Both the position numbers and the translations under genes were made by a program. Positions 1-14,407 of a DNA stretch of 64,000 nt are shown here, in pieces. The notes beneath the pieces are model-generated. The model was not told where the DNA came from. It saw nothing but the letters and a program-made list of their open reading frames with translations, and ran no database searches. Within the stretch, counting starts at the first letter, position 1. Each line of letters begins with the position of its first letter. The stretch is from Pecten maximus (lineage: Eukaryota): positions 39,308,001-39,372,000 of the forward strand of contig NC_047025.1 of assembly GCF_902652985.1 (NCBI RefSeq), in the 5' to 3' direction.

Positions 1-387
1 GTTTTTAGTTACCTTTATTTCTTTAATCATTAGTTAAAATCAGAATTCTATTTGCTCTTAACTCAAATCTGATATAATTTTTTTTTAAATATCGAGGTTA
101 AGATCTATTTCTAAATATTTACTTTTATATACAATGCATGTACTGTTTTATAGGTTATGGAATAAGGTTATTTAGATTAAAGTTATCGTGTTTCTATATA
201 AATTCTTGTTTTTCAAATCTTCTTCTTTTGTTTTTAAGGCTGATACTTATATATACTTATTTATAGGATTTCAAATGTTTCATTCTGAGTCCCCATTCAA
301 TGTACCCCGGTCTGAAACATTATTTGGTGAAGGAAATCCAATGTATATATTATACTATATATATTATGTATCATTGTATACTACAAA

Positions 388-389
<2 letters not shown>

Positions 390-440
<51 letters not shown>

Positions 441-470
441 AGGGGGGGGGGGGGGAGGGGGGGGGGGGGA
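390..470. repeat. (GT)n microsatellite followed by poly-G tract
   Basis: Directly visible. Confidence 0.95.
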
Positions 471-477
471 TCGGAAA

Positions 478-1844
478 CAGTGCCGTGCCCAAAGTGAGTA
501 GCCACTTTCAACGTCAAAAACGACGTTTTTGCCGTTACATCGTATTTTAATAAAATCAAAGAAATATATTTTCAAGTAATATTGCTATATCATACATCAT
601 TTTAATCGTGATCATCGTGTCCATAATCCGGAACGCGGAATACGGTATTTGGTTTTTATTTTAAGCACCGTTGTCGGTGTAAACAATATGGCGCCACACG
701 GTAGTGAAATGTCAGTGCCTGAAGCAGACGATCACAGCAATGCACGAAAGTGGAATTTCTGGACGAAAAATTGCTGAAATATTGAACATATCCCGTTTAA
801 CAATTCAGAAGTTTCTCCAACGTTTTCACGAGAGAGGAAGTTTAGGAAACAAGCCCCGAAGTGGTAGGAGCAAAATTACCACCGTCCGAAGTGACACTCG
901 GCTTTCGCGGCTGATAAAACAGAACAGACGTCAAAGTTTTCCGGATTTATTGGCATCATTTAATGAGTTAAACCCCACTGAAGCATCTGAGAGAACTGAG
1001 AGAAGACTCAGTGATTTGGATTATAAAAGATGCGCTGTTAGGAAGCGTACTACCATTTCAAAGGTGAACCGTGAACGACGTGTAAAATGGTGTCGAGATC
1101 ATCGGACATGGACAGTTGAACAAAATCGGAAAAATATCATTTTTACGGATGAAACAAAGATTGTCTTAGGTCAGGATAGAAAAGTATATGTCTGGAGAAA
1201 ACGCGACGAGAAACCGGAATGCCTTGGTCAGTATAGTGCTCATTCGCCACGATCAAATATCTCGGTCATGTTTTGGGGTTGTATAACTTTTCAAGGAGTG
1301 GGGGTATTGACCCCAGTGGAGGGTAATATTAATTCTGAGAAATATATAAATGTGTTAGATACACATTTGTGGCCAGTTGTTGCGAAAATGTTTGGAAATT
1401 CTTATTTGATATTACAAGAGGACAACTGTCCCGTCCATATGTCAAGACAGACCTGCCGATGGAAAACGGAACATAGTACTATTGAAACAATTCCTTGGCC
1501 AGCAGAGTCCCCAGACATCAACATAATAGACAATCTATGGAGATTACTAAAAATTAAACTAACAAACAGACTGAATGACATTAGGTCGAAGGCAGATCTG
1601 GTGAGGGTCGTTTCTGAAATTTGGAAGCAGCTGGACCAGACAAGAATACAGGCATTATATGAATCAATTCCAAAGAGAATACAGGCAGTTATTAAAGCAA
1701 AAGGGTGTATTACCAAATATTAACAAGTAAGTTACATTATTTTTGCTATTTTATTGAAAAAAACGTCGAAAATACAAAGCCATCTACTTGACATTGCAAA
1801 ATGACGTCGCGTAGAAGTGGCTACTCACTTATGGCACTGCACTG
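478..1844 (+). mobile_element. Tc1/mariner DNA transposon
   Basis: ~31-bp TIRs: CAGTGCCGTGCCCAAAGTGAGTAGCCACTTT at 478 and its near-perfect reverse complement ending at 1844. TA follows the right end; the left flank is AA. Encloses a transposase ORF. Confidence 0.93.
688..1723 (+). pseudogene. Tc1-family transposase, frameshifted near the N-terminus
   Basis: HTH region, GRSKITT, IIFTDETK, VMFWGCI, LQEDNCPVH and WPAESPDINIIDNLW motifs. The natural ATG at 688 (MAPHGSEM) is out of frame with the long ORF 704-1723. Confidence 0.88.
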
Positions 1845-4045
1845 TATATTTTGATAAGTAGAACTGGTTTGTCATTCCACAAATAATTGTATAGCAAAGT
1901 ATTTATTAAGGTATCATCATGATTAGGAAGAGAGATAAACAAATTATTGAACTGAGATATTTCTTTTAAGTATTCTTCTTTTCGATTTAGATATAAGAGA
2001 CTTTAGCTTAAATTGTTCGACAAGTTTGGCAAGTTTAATGTTTCTATGAAGATCAACATCATATTCATTGCCTCACAAAGAGAATCTTGTACAACCTCAG
2101 TTTAAATTGAAATAAGTGGAGAAAGTATCGTCGCTGTATTTTTCTCTACCAATCCAAAGTACCTGAGTCTTGGAGAAGCTAATTTTTAGACTGGAAATGT
2201 TAGCAAAATATGTAAGTTTTTTCAGAATTTCATCTTCAGATTTTTTTCATATCTAAAATAACTGTTTTGTCATCTGCAAATTGTTAAAGTGGTATTTTGT
2301 TCTTTTTATAGTTTTAATTCTTGAATTCTGTTGTTAATTCTTGAAGTCATAGATAAAAATTCTGCGCAAAACCAATGTTAAAATGAGATAGAATCGCCCT
2401 GGCGGCAACAACGTTCAATTTTGAAGAAGTTTGAGAAATGTCCCCCTCCCCCCAATATTCTTATGCCTAAAGATATTTCAAAATCAATTAAAAGTGAAAG
2501 TCCTGGTAATCGTTATCTCGAGTATATTGCATAACGTCATTAATTAGTCGAGTGTTTTCTCCTTGGTATCGACCGGGGTGCTATTTTATCTATGTTAGTA
2601 AGAAGTTTGATTGGTCGCCATTAGTTACTTTATTACTTTGTTTATAACTTTTCTGAATACGTGTATTTATTCCTAGTTATTGTGTTATTGAAAGGTCTGA
2701 AGTATCAAAGCTATAGTTTAGTGATCTTGAAATGAAAGGGCCTGGCAATTTTCAATTTTTTTTTTTTTTTTATATTCAACAATGAGATCATCAGAACCAA
2801 GATTTTTAGAGTGTTTGTTTATTCATCTAGAGTATTCATCTAGAGTAATTTGGCCATCTATGCTTACTGATTCATTTGCTGTTCATTTAGATAGATGTTA
2901 TTCTTATGAAAGTCTTTCAAGGTTTATATTTTAAAGATATTGTTTGTAAGATTTTTTCCCTTTCATTCTTTATATGGCATAATTATGAAATCGTTTTACC
3001 TCTTATTTCCATCATTAGTCTTTCTAAAAATTATTGATCGTTAATACCAAATGTTATACCTTTTTAGTGGGTATTTAGCAAATTATTAATGTTGTAAATT
3101 GGCACATAATATATTGTTATCATTTATTGTGGATTTTATAAGAGGTGTGTACATGTAGTAAGGAAATAATAGTAAAGAGTTGGTATATTTCCAAAGCCCC
3201 TTTTTCCTCTTAAAGTAAGTTTTATTATTGAGTGCGAGTGGTCTGATATATAGCCTGGTTCTATGAGCTGTCTGAGAGTTTTATGTAATCTAGTCGTGCT
3301 TGTCTGATATTTTTCTGTGCCATGTGTATCTTTTGGTGTCAGGGTGAAGTTCTCTAAAAGTATCTATTAGTCCATACTCCTTGTTTAATTCTAGGGCTTT
3401 TGTAACTGTAGCAATCTAGTGTGAAATTAAAAGTTAGCATGTGTATCTTGATGTTTTTATAACAATTGACATGTTACACCTATGTTAAACAGTATAGAGT
3501 ATGCTTGTTTAATGTTTCGTTATACAAAATGTATTATTAGTGTTGTTATAGAGTATATTTGTTTGATAAAGTAAAAAAAAAAACTCAGACAAACACTGCG
3601 TTCTCTAGGTCATTTTTGTTTTACAATTTTACCCGCCAGTTTTTGGCCCTAATGACCTGTGAAAAGTTGATAGGCCGTTCAAATTTATAATCAAATAACT
3701 GTGTATTAGGTTACGTCTCTTGCAGACAAATCTCAAATAGATTTCTATGATACATCAATGTATAGATAATTGTAGAACTACTTTAAAACAAAAAATTCTT
3801 TTAATTTCAAAAGGTTGCAGAAAGTGTCCCCAAACAAACAAATACAGTTGATTCATCATAAATACATACTATATATTTATATGCATAGATGCCTATTTTC
3901 CAAGAATATTGTTATTCAAATATATATATTAAACTTATGACAAGGATCATATTAAATATTTGTCCAGCTTAACGGAGAAAAAATATGTACCTTGTTGGTT
4001 GTACAATTCATCTAATCATGTAAGGGCGTAAAGGATGAAGCGTAC

Positions 4046-4478
4046 CTGATCGAAAGTTTGCAAACGTTGTCGGCAATCCTCTAGCAACTTCGGTTGTTAT
4101 TAATCCCTTGTCTAGCTTTGCCTTTAACACAGTGTTTTCGGATCGCAGCGATCTTAGGGCATTTGTCAAGTTACGGATGACGTCACCATCCGCTTCACGT
4201 AAACGTTTGAGGTCTGTGATGCGTTTGTTAAACTCGTTCATATCTGATGCACGTTCACGTTCCAGTTCTGTCACACGCTGGTTCAGTTCTAGTTTTGCCT
4301 TTAGTCGCAAACTTTCTTTATATCGGATGTCATGTTTCAGTTTGATGAACTGATTTGCAAGATTCGCTGTTGTTGGAGACATACCAATTACGGGATTCGA
4401 CATTTCCTCACCGCTTGCCATTTGGGACCACATCCCAACGATGACAAGAAATAAAAATAACATGATTTTTCGCTGCAT
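4046..4478 (-). CDS. Exon 1 (signal peptide + coiled coil) of a probable C1q-domain-containing gene; exon 2 not found in the window
   Basis: Hydrophobic N-terminus. Ungapped similarity to exon 1 of the C1qDC gene at 8056 (RVTELERERASD..LRSENTVLKAKLD vs RVEELENLREMD..VIAENKHLNADLN). Phase-1 donor G|GTACG at the equivalent position. Confidence 0.72.
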
Positions 4479-4869
4479 GCAAGGACCGATCTATGCTACA
4501 CAATGCTGTGGTCGTATGTTAACATAGCATGTTGAGTACAGGTATTTCTACACGCCCTTATCAAGAGGTGTGTCCATTGTGTCCGACATTTTCACACCAT
4601 TGGCGAGCTACAGTCGGGAATATTCGTATTGTCAGCTGTTGGAATTAGAGCTATCTAAGGTTTCTATGTGTTGACACTTCTGACATATTGTAGGTGGGGT
4701 TATCATCTCGTCACTATTTCCTGTATCTATACAAGGAAAACCTAAGGAAATCATCTATATTTATGGCATTCATATCTATAGAACCTTCATTTCCCTAACA
4801 TAAACCACCGAGTCAATAAAAATATTTGTATGAAAAAATCTTCCACAAAAGCAACACACAGCGACAACC

Positions 4870-7560
4870 TAAACCATAGCATCAACACATAAGGCCGATA
4901 TCTGCCAAAACATCAAAACATAAGATCAATTATATCATAGTATCAAAACATAAGGCCGATATTTACCATAACATCAACACATAAGGTTAATATATACCAT
5001 AACATCAACACATAACGCCAATATCTTCCATAACATTAACACATAAGGTCATTATATACCATAACATAAACACATAAGGTCAATATCTACCATAACATTT
5101 ACACATAAGGCCTATATCTACCATACCATTAACACTTAAGGCCGATATCTACCATAACATTAACATATAAGGCCAATATCTACCATAACATAAACACATA
5201 AGGTCAATATCTACCATAACATAAACACATAATGCCGATATCTACCATAACATCAACACATAAGGCCTATATCTACCATAACATTAACACTTAAGGCCGA
5301 TATCTACCATAACATTAACATATAAGGCCAATATCTACCATAACATGAACACATAAGGCCGATATCTACCATAACATCAACACATAAGGCCGATATCTAC
5401 TATAACATCAACACATAAGGCCGATATCTACCATAACATCAACACATAAGACCGAAATCTACCACAACATTAACACACAAGGCCGATATCTACCATAACA
5501 TTAACATATAAGGCCGATATCTACCATAACATCAACACATAAGGCCGATATCTACCATAACATTAACACATAAGGCCGATATCTACTATAACATCAACAC
5601 ATAAGGCCGATATCTACCATAACATCAACACATAAGACCAAAATCTACCACAACATTAACACACAAGGCCGATATCTACCATAACATTAACACATAAGGC
5701 CGATATCTACCATAACATCATCACATAAGGCCGATATCTACCATAACATCAACACATAAGGCCGATATCTACTATAACATCAACACATAAGGCCTATATC
5801 TACCATAACATCAACACATACGGCCGATATCTACCATAACATCAACACATAAGGCCGATATCTACCATAACATTAACACATACGGCCGATATCTACCATA
5901 ACATCAACACATAAGGTCAATATCTACCATAACATCAACACATAAGACCGATATATACTATAACGTCATCACATTAGGCCGATATCTAGCATAACATCAA
6001 CACATAACGCCAATATCTTCCATAACATTAACACATATGGTCAATAGATACCATAACATAAACACATAAGGTCAATAGATACCATAACATCAACACATAA
6101 GGCCGATATCTACCATAACATCAACACATAAGACCGATATCTACCATAACATTAACACATAATGCCGATATCTACCCTAACATTAACACATAAGGCCAAT
6201 ATCTACCATAACATCAACACATAAGGTCAATATCTACCATAACATCAACACATAAGGTCAATATCTACCATAACGTCATCACATAAGGCCGATATCTACC
6301 ATAACGTCAACACATAAGGCCGATATCTACCATAACATTAACACATAAGACCGATATCTACCATAACATCAACACATAAGACCGATATCTACTATAACGT
6401 CATCACATTAGGCCGATATCTAGCATAACATCAACACATAAGGTCAATATCTACCATAACATAAACACATAAGGCCGATATCTACCATAACATCAACACA
6501 TAAAGCCGATATCTACCAAAACATCAACACATTAGACCGATATCTACCATAACATCAACACATAAGGCCGATATCTACCATAACGTCAACACATAAAGCC
6601 GATATCTACCATAACATTAACACATAAAGCCGATATCTACCATAACATTAACACATACGGCCGATATCTACCATAACGTCATCACATAACGCCTTTAACT
6701 ACCATAACATTAACACATAAGGCCGATATCTACCATAACATTAACACATACGGCCGGTATCTACCATAACATTAACACATACGGCCGGTATCTACCATAA
6801 CATTAACACATACGGCCGGTATCTACCATAACATAAACACATAAGGTCAATATTTACCATAAAGTCAACATATAAAGCGGCGATATCTATCACAACCTTA
6901 ACACAAAAGGTCAATTTCTACAAAAACGTCGTCACATTAGGCCGATATCAACCATAAAGTCAACACATAAGGCCAATATCTACCCTAAAGTCAACACATA
7001 AGGTCAATATATACCATAACATCAACACATAAGGCCGATATATACCATAACATCAACACATAATGCCGATATCTACCATAACATCAACACATAAGGCCGA
7101 TATCTACCATAACATTAACACATACGGCCGATATCTACCATAACATTAACACATAAGGCCGATATCTACCATAACATTAACACATAAGGCCGATATCTAC
7201 CATAACATCAACACATAAGGTCAATAACTACCATAACATTAACACATAAGGCCGACATCTACCATAACATTAACACACAAGGCCGATATCTACCATAACG
7301 TCATCACATAAGGCCGATATCTACCATAACATTAACACATAAGGCCGATATCTACCATAACATTAACACACAAGGCCGATATCTACCACAACATTAACAC
7401 ATAAGGCCGACATCTACCATAACATTAACACACAAGGCCGATATCTACCATAACGTCATCACTCAAGGCCGATATCTACCATAACATTAACACATAAGGC
7501 CGATATCTACTATAATGTCATCACCTAAGGCCGATATCTACCATAACGTCACCGTAAGGA
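4870..7560. repeat. 31-bp minisatellite (ACACATAAGGCCGATATCTACCATAACATYA)
   Basis: Visible tandem array of ~2.7 kb. Confidence 0.95.
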
Positions 7561-8055
7561 CAAATTATACCACAACGTCGACACACTAGGCTAAAATATA
7601 AAAATGAAGGGGGACACATTTCTCGTTTCTGATCTTTATTTATATTCCCAAAAGACCACAGGACAATATTTAGTATTGCTAAACTTGACATACGAACAAT
7701 GAGAACAAAAAAAACACCGACTGATACAAGAAACAAAAAAAATCAATATGTTTCTTTACGCATTATTGTAATACATACGACATCTTCTCATCATTTTCTT
7801 ATTCTAAACCGTATTATTGAAGTGAAGCTAATATTAGGAATATGCTCTTAAACCAACTACATCGACGTGCATTGCATCCCATCTCGCGATTTCGCACAAG
7901 GTATAGTAGGTTAGCACCTGTGTTCATACTCACGACACCGTCTGAACCATCAGTGGGTGTTTATTACAACTGTTCCTTGTTGTTATCAAGGCCAGTCAAC
8001 AAGGTACTACCGAAAACGTTTGTCGTCATGTGAACACATTCAGTGTAGCACCAGC

Positions 8056-8485
8056 ATGTGGACGAGCAGGGCTTTAACTTTTATAACGATAGGAGTAGTG
8101 TTTTCGGTGGCCACTTCTGAAGTGGAACAAGCACCGCTAGATCTCCTCCATACTGTCAACGATTTGGTCACATATGTCCGAGATATGGAAAACAAACTCG
8201 ATGACGATTTACTCGATATTACACATCGTGTTGAAGAATTGGAGAATTTACGTGAAATGGACGCTCATAATTTTTCCGAAAGTATTTTAAAACTGAAAAA
8301 CTTACACGAGATCGATGAACAGAGTGTCAGACAGTTAACTAGTGAAATAACGTCAGTTATCGCAGAAAACAAGCATCTCAATGCAGATTTGAATGACTGG
8401 AAACACTCTCTTTCGGAAAAGCCAAGATCACCGGATAAACTCCGAATTCCTCCGAGGTCGGTCTCGCACGAGATGACACGCTCGG
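8056..8485 (+). CDS. C1q-domain-containing protein, exon 1 (signal peptide, coiled coil)
   Basis: ATG at 8056 (MWTSRALTFITIGVVFSVATS), heptad-rich region, phase-1 donor G|GTAAGT at 8486. Confidence 0.85.
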
Positions 8486-8679
8486 GTAAGTCTGGATATT
8501 ACGGATTTACTGTGGTAATACGTTACAGTCAATAGTCTAACAATACATGTCGGCACTCGAGAACGTTTTGTTAAAAAATTAAATGTGGATATTGTAAAAC
8601 ATCGTAAGCTCGCTTACTGCCACGTAGAAATATAAATATTATGAAATATGAAAGGACGGCATACACAATAACTAACAAC

Positions 8680-9450
8680 TTATCTCAGATTTAGCAAACA
8701 AGTTTCCATGATAACGAAACAACTTATGACAGATTTAGTTAATAAGTATTTATAATAACATAACATCTTATCTCAGATTTAGTACACAATTGTCCACAAT
8801 ACCATAACAACTTATCTCAGATATAAAAAGCATCTACTATAACATAACGTAATTCAGATTTCTTAAACAGGCAATTACAATGACAAAATACCTTATCACA
8901 GATTTGGTAAACAAGGAACCACAATGACAAAATACCTTATCACAGATTTAGTAAATAAGCTATTACCATTACCTAACATCTTATCTCACATTTAATAAGC
9001 ATCCATTCACAATAACATAACAACTCATCACAGATTTGGTAAACAAGGAACCACAATAACACAACTTATCACAGATTTGGTAAACAAGGAACCACAATAA
9101 CATAACAACTTATCACAGATTTGGTAAACAAGGAACTACAATAACATAACAACTTATCACAGATTTGGTAAACAAGGAACCACAATAACACAACTTATCA
9201 CAGATTTGGTAAACAAGGAACTACAATAACATAACAACTTATCACAGATTTGGTAAACAAGGAACTACAATAACATAACAACTTATCACAGATTTGGTAA
9301 ACAAGGAACCACAATAACATAACTTATCACAGATTTGGTAAACAAGGAACCACAATAACACAACTTATCACAGATTTGGTAAACAAGGAACCACAATAAC
9401 ATAACAACTTATCACAGATTTGGTAAACAAGGAACTATAATAACATAACT
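8680..9450. repeat. Intronic 41-44-bp minisatellite
   Basis: Unit ACAGATTTGGTAAACAAGGAACCACAATAACATAACAACTTATC. Confidence 0.9.
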
Positions 9451-9573
9451 GATCTCTCATCTTTTAGTGGAAGCGAAACGTAATTTGGTCCATCAGTCAC
9501 CTCTTGTTCATTTTATTTCATTGTCAACGTGAGACACATTCTATATAAAGATTTCTAAATCTATATATTTCAG

Positions 9574-9974
9574 GATCATCTCCAGGTACCATTGCTTTCT
9601 ACGCAATACTTACGCGACAACTGATGGATCCTGGGGTACACCAAAAAATCATTTTTGACAAGATCGTCACTAATGTGAATGCCCAGATAAGTCCCTATTC
9701 CGGTGTGTTCACGTGCATGCAATCCGGAGTTCACGTGTTCTCCTGGCAGACGCTGCTGACGGATACCCACTACGTCGTTACGGAGCTTGTACGGAACGGG
9801 GCCAACGTTGGATCGGAAGAAATTGGTAACTCCGGAACTCCTGTATCCGGGTCCTCTACTGCTGTTGTAGACCTGTCGGCGATGGATGAAGTCTGGGTCA
9901 GAGTCGCTGCGCATTCCGTTGGCGCGGACATCCAGCCTCATCTTACTACTTTGTCCGGCTTCAGACTTCCTTAA
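9574..9974 (+). CDS. C1q-domain-containing protein, exon 2 (globular C1q domain)
   Basis: Acceptor TTTCAG| at 9573 joins in frame. IAFYAIL..IIFDKIVTNV..SGVFTCMQSGVHVFSW..SSTAVVDLSAMDEVWV..TTLSGFRL is the gC1q pattern. AATAAA follows the stop. Confidence 0.92.
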
Positions 9975-10520
9975 CCCGAGCGAATAAAAAGAAATGTGTA
10001 TCCATCATCAGTGGCCTTGTTTAGTTTGTTATTCGTGAACAACTTACACCGTACACTTGCAAATTTTACCAAACAGGTTGTTGGAGTTAATCATTTGCCG
10101 TTTCCTCCAAAATATCCCGAGAGACATTATCAGACGTCTCTATAGTAGGATACCGCAGGCCACAATTCCGTCAATAATCTTTTACTTAAAGAAAATTCCT
10201 AACTGAAAAGTATCTATATAAGGAAAGTAAATTTATTGGAAATAAAGTTTGGAAAACATTACATTATGAATAAGTCTAACCTAAGGTTCAATCCAAGTGA
10301 CGTATCAAAAGAAACTCAACGTTTGCAGAAATAGCACAAGAAACATTAGGGGAGATGGAAGAAAGACCACCTAACTGTTGGATAAAATCTAGGTGATTCC
10401 TTATTAATACTCAATAAAATAAAAGTAAATAAATAAATAAACCAATCTACGGAGGAATGAGACCAAAAGGATTTATAAACATACTAACGACATAAACAAT
10501 AGATGTATTTCGTGAATATA

Positions 10521-11214
10521 CGCCTGGACAATATACATCAGCAATCGAGGTTTGTCCGAGGTTTCCAGAAAAAAAGTGGTCGAAAAACTTCATATGCAGT
10601 TGTTTTTTGCCCAGTGTCGGACCAATTTCATCGTTAGATTATGCTTTGTTTTTTGTTTATTTTGCCAACGCAGTGTTAGTCCATAACCGCCCTGGCACTT
10701 TTCGAGCTTTGCTCAGGTAATTAACATACCATTTGATAATTCCCGACTGCCTGAGGAAGCACAGGTGGCCCATTGAGACAGCTCACTTGACCTTGTAAGC
10801 TTAGGTGTAATGTGTGGGTAAAACCATAAGGTACAAAGGTTAAAGGGAGGAGACATGCATATAGCCGGAAACAAAGAATGAAAGGTTGGACATCCTTGAT
10901 TGTCGACCACAAGAAAACAATACCTGCAGTCAAAATGGACGAAGAATTGAATGGTGCATCCATGATCTCAGTGGGGCACCCGTGCTTCATCAGGCTGTCG
11001 GGATTTATCAAATGGTACGTAGCAAAGCTCGAAAAGTGCCAAGGCGGTCACGGGCCAACACTGCGTTGTCAAAATAAACAAAACGCAAAGCAACATCTGA
11101 CGATGAAATCGCTCCGACACTGGGCAAAAAACAACTGCATATGGAGTTTTTCAGCGACGCATTTTAGGAAACTGCGGACAAACATTTAGTGCTTATGCGT
11201 ATTTTGAAGAGGCA
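10521..11214. mobile_element. Foldback/MITE-like non-autonomous element with ~270-bp imperfect inverted arms
   Basis: For example CATATGCAGTTGTTTTTTGCCCAGTGTCGGA (~10591) vs TCCGACACTGGGCAAAAAACAACTGCATATG (~11113). TA flanks both inferred ends. Confidence 0.75.
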
Positions 11215-13413
11215 TATATGGGCCGTCGTAGATTCGTGCAAATATGAAAATAACGGTAAAAAAATACACCAGAATTGGGATAGCTTTGTAATGACAAACA
11301 TAGTAGCAAGCATTTAAAGTAAATACCCAACTAATTAGCATCAGATAAACATTCCAATCGAAAGTCATTTAAAGAATATGGATACCTTTGTTGGTTGTTA
11401 AGACATGTAAGTGCCGTCAATATATAAAGACATTACCAATAGGCAGGGGAGTGTGATATCAAGTAGTATACTGTATCCTAAGGAATGTAACAATTAACCT
11501 GAGGCCATAATTACATATGGAAAGATAAATGATTAAATCATTATCGTAACATTTGTATAAAGAAGAATATATATGGGATACGTGTATTAAAAGTATTTAC
11601 TCTGGCCCCTGTAAGAATCATAATGCTGATGTATTAACATATAGTATCTACTGGGGGTACCATTAAAGTGCGAAACGAAAGCAAAACGAAACGAAACGAA
11701 ACGAAATCAAACGAAACGAAAAATGAAAACATTGAAAATTTGAAATATAAATAAATAAATAGAAAATATTAGACTTTACAAAGGCATAAGTGTCCCATTC
11801 TAATCGGTGTAAAAACAACACGCAGGAATAAATTCATCGCAATAGGAAGAAAGAAGCATGGCGAATGCTAGCCCTAATGTTTGAGGACATTTTTGTACCT
11901 GTATCTCTTTGAAAATAAAAATAAAATAAAAACTATTATCGCCTTGTTGCCTTTCAGCGGACGAGAATAGATAGAAAATTGAGTAGAATGGGAACAGTAT
12001 AGAATGAAAAAAGAAATAGTGGGTGGAAGAGAGTCGCCTGTCTAATTGATGGTGTCATTAATTTTTGAAAGCGACCCCTAGATTCGAATGGGTCCTAACC
12101 TAGCACTATTAAGTAGCAGTTATGCTTACCCTAAGAAGGTAGAAGAGAGAAGACCCTACCCTGTGGATTTGGTTTATCAAGGTTTTTGACGTCCATCTAA
12201 ACACCTAAAAAATAAGAAATATTAAATATTAGCCTAAAATATCCTATCCTCTGGGCCGGCGTTATAACACCAAAAGACCGCCGAGGGATCTTTATCGTGC
12301 AAGTTACACATTCTCACGGGACACCATTTCAAGTCCTATCAGACGGACCTGATGTCAGTCGTAAACGGTTCATTTAAGTACTAGTGCTTTATTTTTGTTT
12401 CCGGACTTGTAAGACTTCCTTCGATGTCTGATTCAGGATATTGTATATGATCAGTCCATTATGTATAGGCATACAAATCGCGCAGTGTATTGTGTATATC
12501 AAACATGTTATTCTACCAAAAGTAATCACAAATACTGGTAAAATATCTTCTTATCAATAAATTTATAGCCATAAACTATATACAGTATTCCTTACCCACC
12601 TGCTAATTAAAAATCACTGATAGCTTACTAGATTTACTTTCAGTTAACGTAGTTCAACTTGCTATTGATAGGCGTTATTTCAAATATCCAGATGAAAAGA
12701 ACAAGTTGGTTTTACGAAAATCTCCGAGCAAAGCTGAAATAAAATAAAATATATTCCTTTTTCAACCATAGGATATCCACTTAACTAATCCAGTCACAGG
12801 TGCCTGACTCGTTTTTATAAAATAATAACATATAGAGTACATATAAATGAGAAAGGTTCTGAACTCCCCCAGGCTTGAAATCTGATGTATTTATTTCTAA
12901 GTACCTTAGCTTCGGTTGTATTGGGTGGATTTTTTCGAAGTAGGACTTAAATTGAAGAGAAATGGTCAATCTTTAAAATAAGCCATAACATGTTGTCGAT
13001 TTCTCGATATTAGTTTACGAAATCGGGCGTGAAACTTCAAAATCCCCTCGATTTTGTTTAGTCGGACAAGTTGACGTATCGGGGTCACCACACTTTGACT
13101 CTATTGGACATAGCTTTAAATACGAAGTCCACGGGTTAATCAAGAAGTACGCTTCATCAGATCACCGAATGCAACTTTCATATACACTTACTTGGTGAAT
13201 ACAAGCACCCTGTCGACGGCCCCAGGACTTTTTATGCATACTGATAGCAGATTTTCCACCTGAGTAGCCATTTTGTGCCAGCCGAGGTAAGTTTTGAAAC
13301 AAGCAATCTGATTGGTTAAACACATTTCTATCGATTTTCGTAGTCTCTCTAGATTTATCCGATCGTGAATAGACAAAAATTTGAAACTTTCCGAAAACAA
13401 CAAAATGTAAACA

Positions 13414-14407
13414 ATGGCGGCACATGTGCATTTGAATCGAAAACAAACAGAGGCTTACAATTTGGTATTAGATGGGCACAGTGTTTACATAGGGGGATTC
13501 GCCGGAACAGGGAAAACGTTCCTTTTAACAGGAATCGTTGATAAGTTGAGATCAAAGGGGAAGATTGTGAACCTGACATGCACGACGGGAATCGCTTGTT
13601 CAGCCTACCCTAGCTCACTCAACGCTACAACAGTGCACAGATTTTGTGGTATGGAGGATGGCAGGTATGCTACTGATGATTTAGTGTCCATGATTTTGCT
13701 AAATCCAAAATACAAACAGACACTTTCAAGAATTAAATGTACTGATGTTCTTATTATCGACGAGATATCGATGCTTAGTGCCAAATTGTTTGGACAGTTA
13801 GCTGAAATATGTTCTTTAAGAGATCCTCATCACATATTCGGCGGTATCCAACTGGTACTTTGTGGCGATTTTTACCAACTTCCACCTGTGCCAAACAGTT
13901 TGTATGAGGATGATGGTGAATTCTGCTTCCAATGTGACATATTTCAGAAGGTAATTTCGCATACAATTTTTCTGACTGATGTCATCAGACAGTCAGAGGC
14001 AAGACTGATTTCCGCAATAGATGAAATTTCCAAGGGATGTCCATCACAGCAAACCTGTGACCTTATGAGCATGCTGCAACGCCCATTAATGGATCAATCA
14101 ACAACAAAGCTGTTCTCAACTAACCATCAAGTTGATGAATACAACAGACGGATGATGCTTTCAACTGCTGGGGATATCACAGAGTACCGTGCCAGCGACA
14201 CCGGGGAAGAGCGAGTTCTTCACAAAATTTTAGCCATGAAAGTTCTCTGGCTGAAACCTGGTTGCCCAGTGATGCTGCTGAGGAACATAACGGATCGTCT
14301 CTGCAATGGACTTGTTGGAAGTGTCACATCAGTTCATAAAGATGGTCCAATTGTGAAGTTCCCCACTGTAAATATTGAGATGAAGATTCCCACTATGTCA
14401 TTCTCAG
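13414..14407 (+). CDS. PIF1-like SF1B DNA helicase, exon 1
   Basis: GFAGTGKT, TCTTGIA, TTVHRF, LIIDEISM, FGGIQLVLCGDFYQLPPV, LTDVIRQ and PVMLLRNI..LCNG motifs. Donor G|GTAAAT at 14408. Confidence 0.92.

Larger units (their letters stand above)
1..3440 (-). mobile_element. Heavily decayed L1/Tx1-type non-LTR retrotransposon, interrupted by a microsatellite and a Tc1 element
   Basis: Minus-strand remnants of RT motifs in the expected order: PGLSLLIDFE (~2505-2476), CRQGDSIS (~2407-2384) and QFADDKTVILD (~2283-2251). Many stops and frameshifts; boundaries approximate. Confidence 0.65.

Noticed and set aside
4870-7560. CRISPR-like regular repeats (here and in the other arrays)
   Set aside because: Head-to-tail units without unique spacers, no cas genes, and a eukaryotic context.
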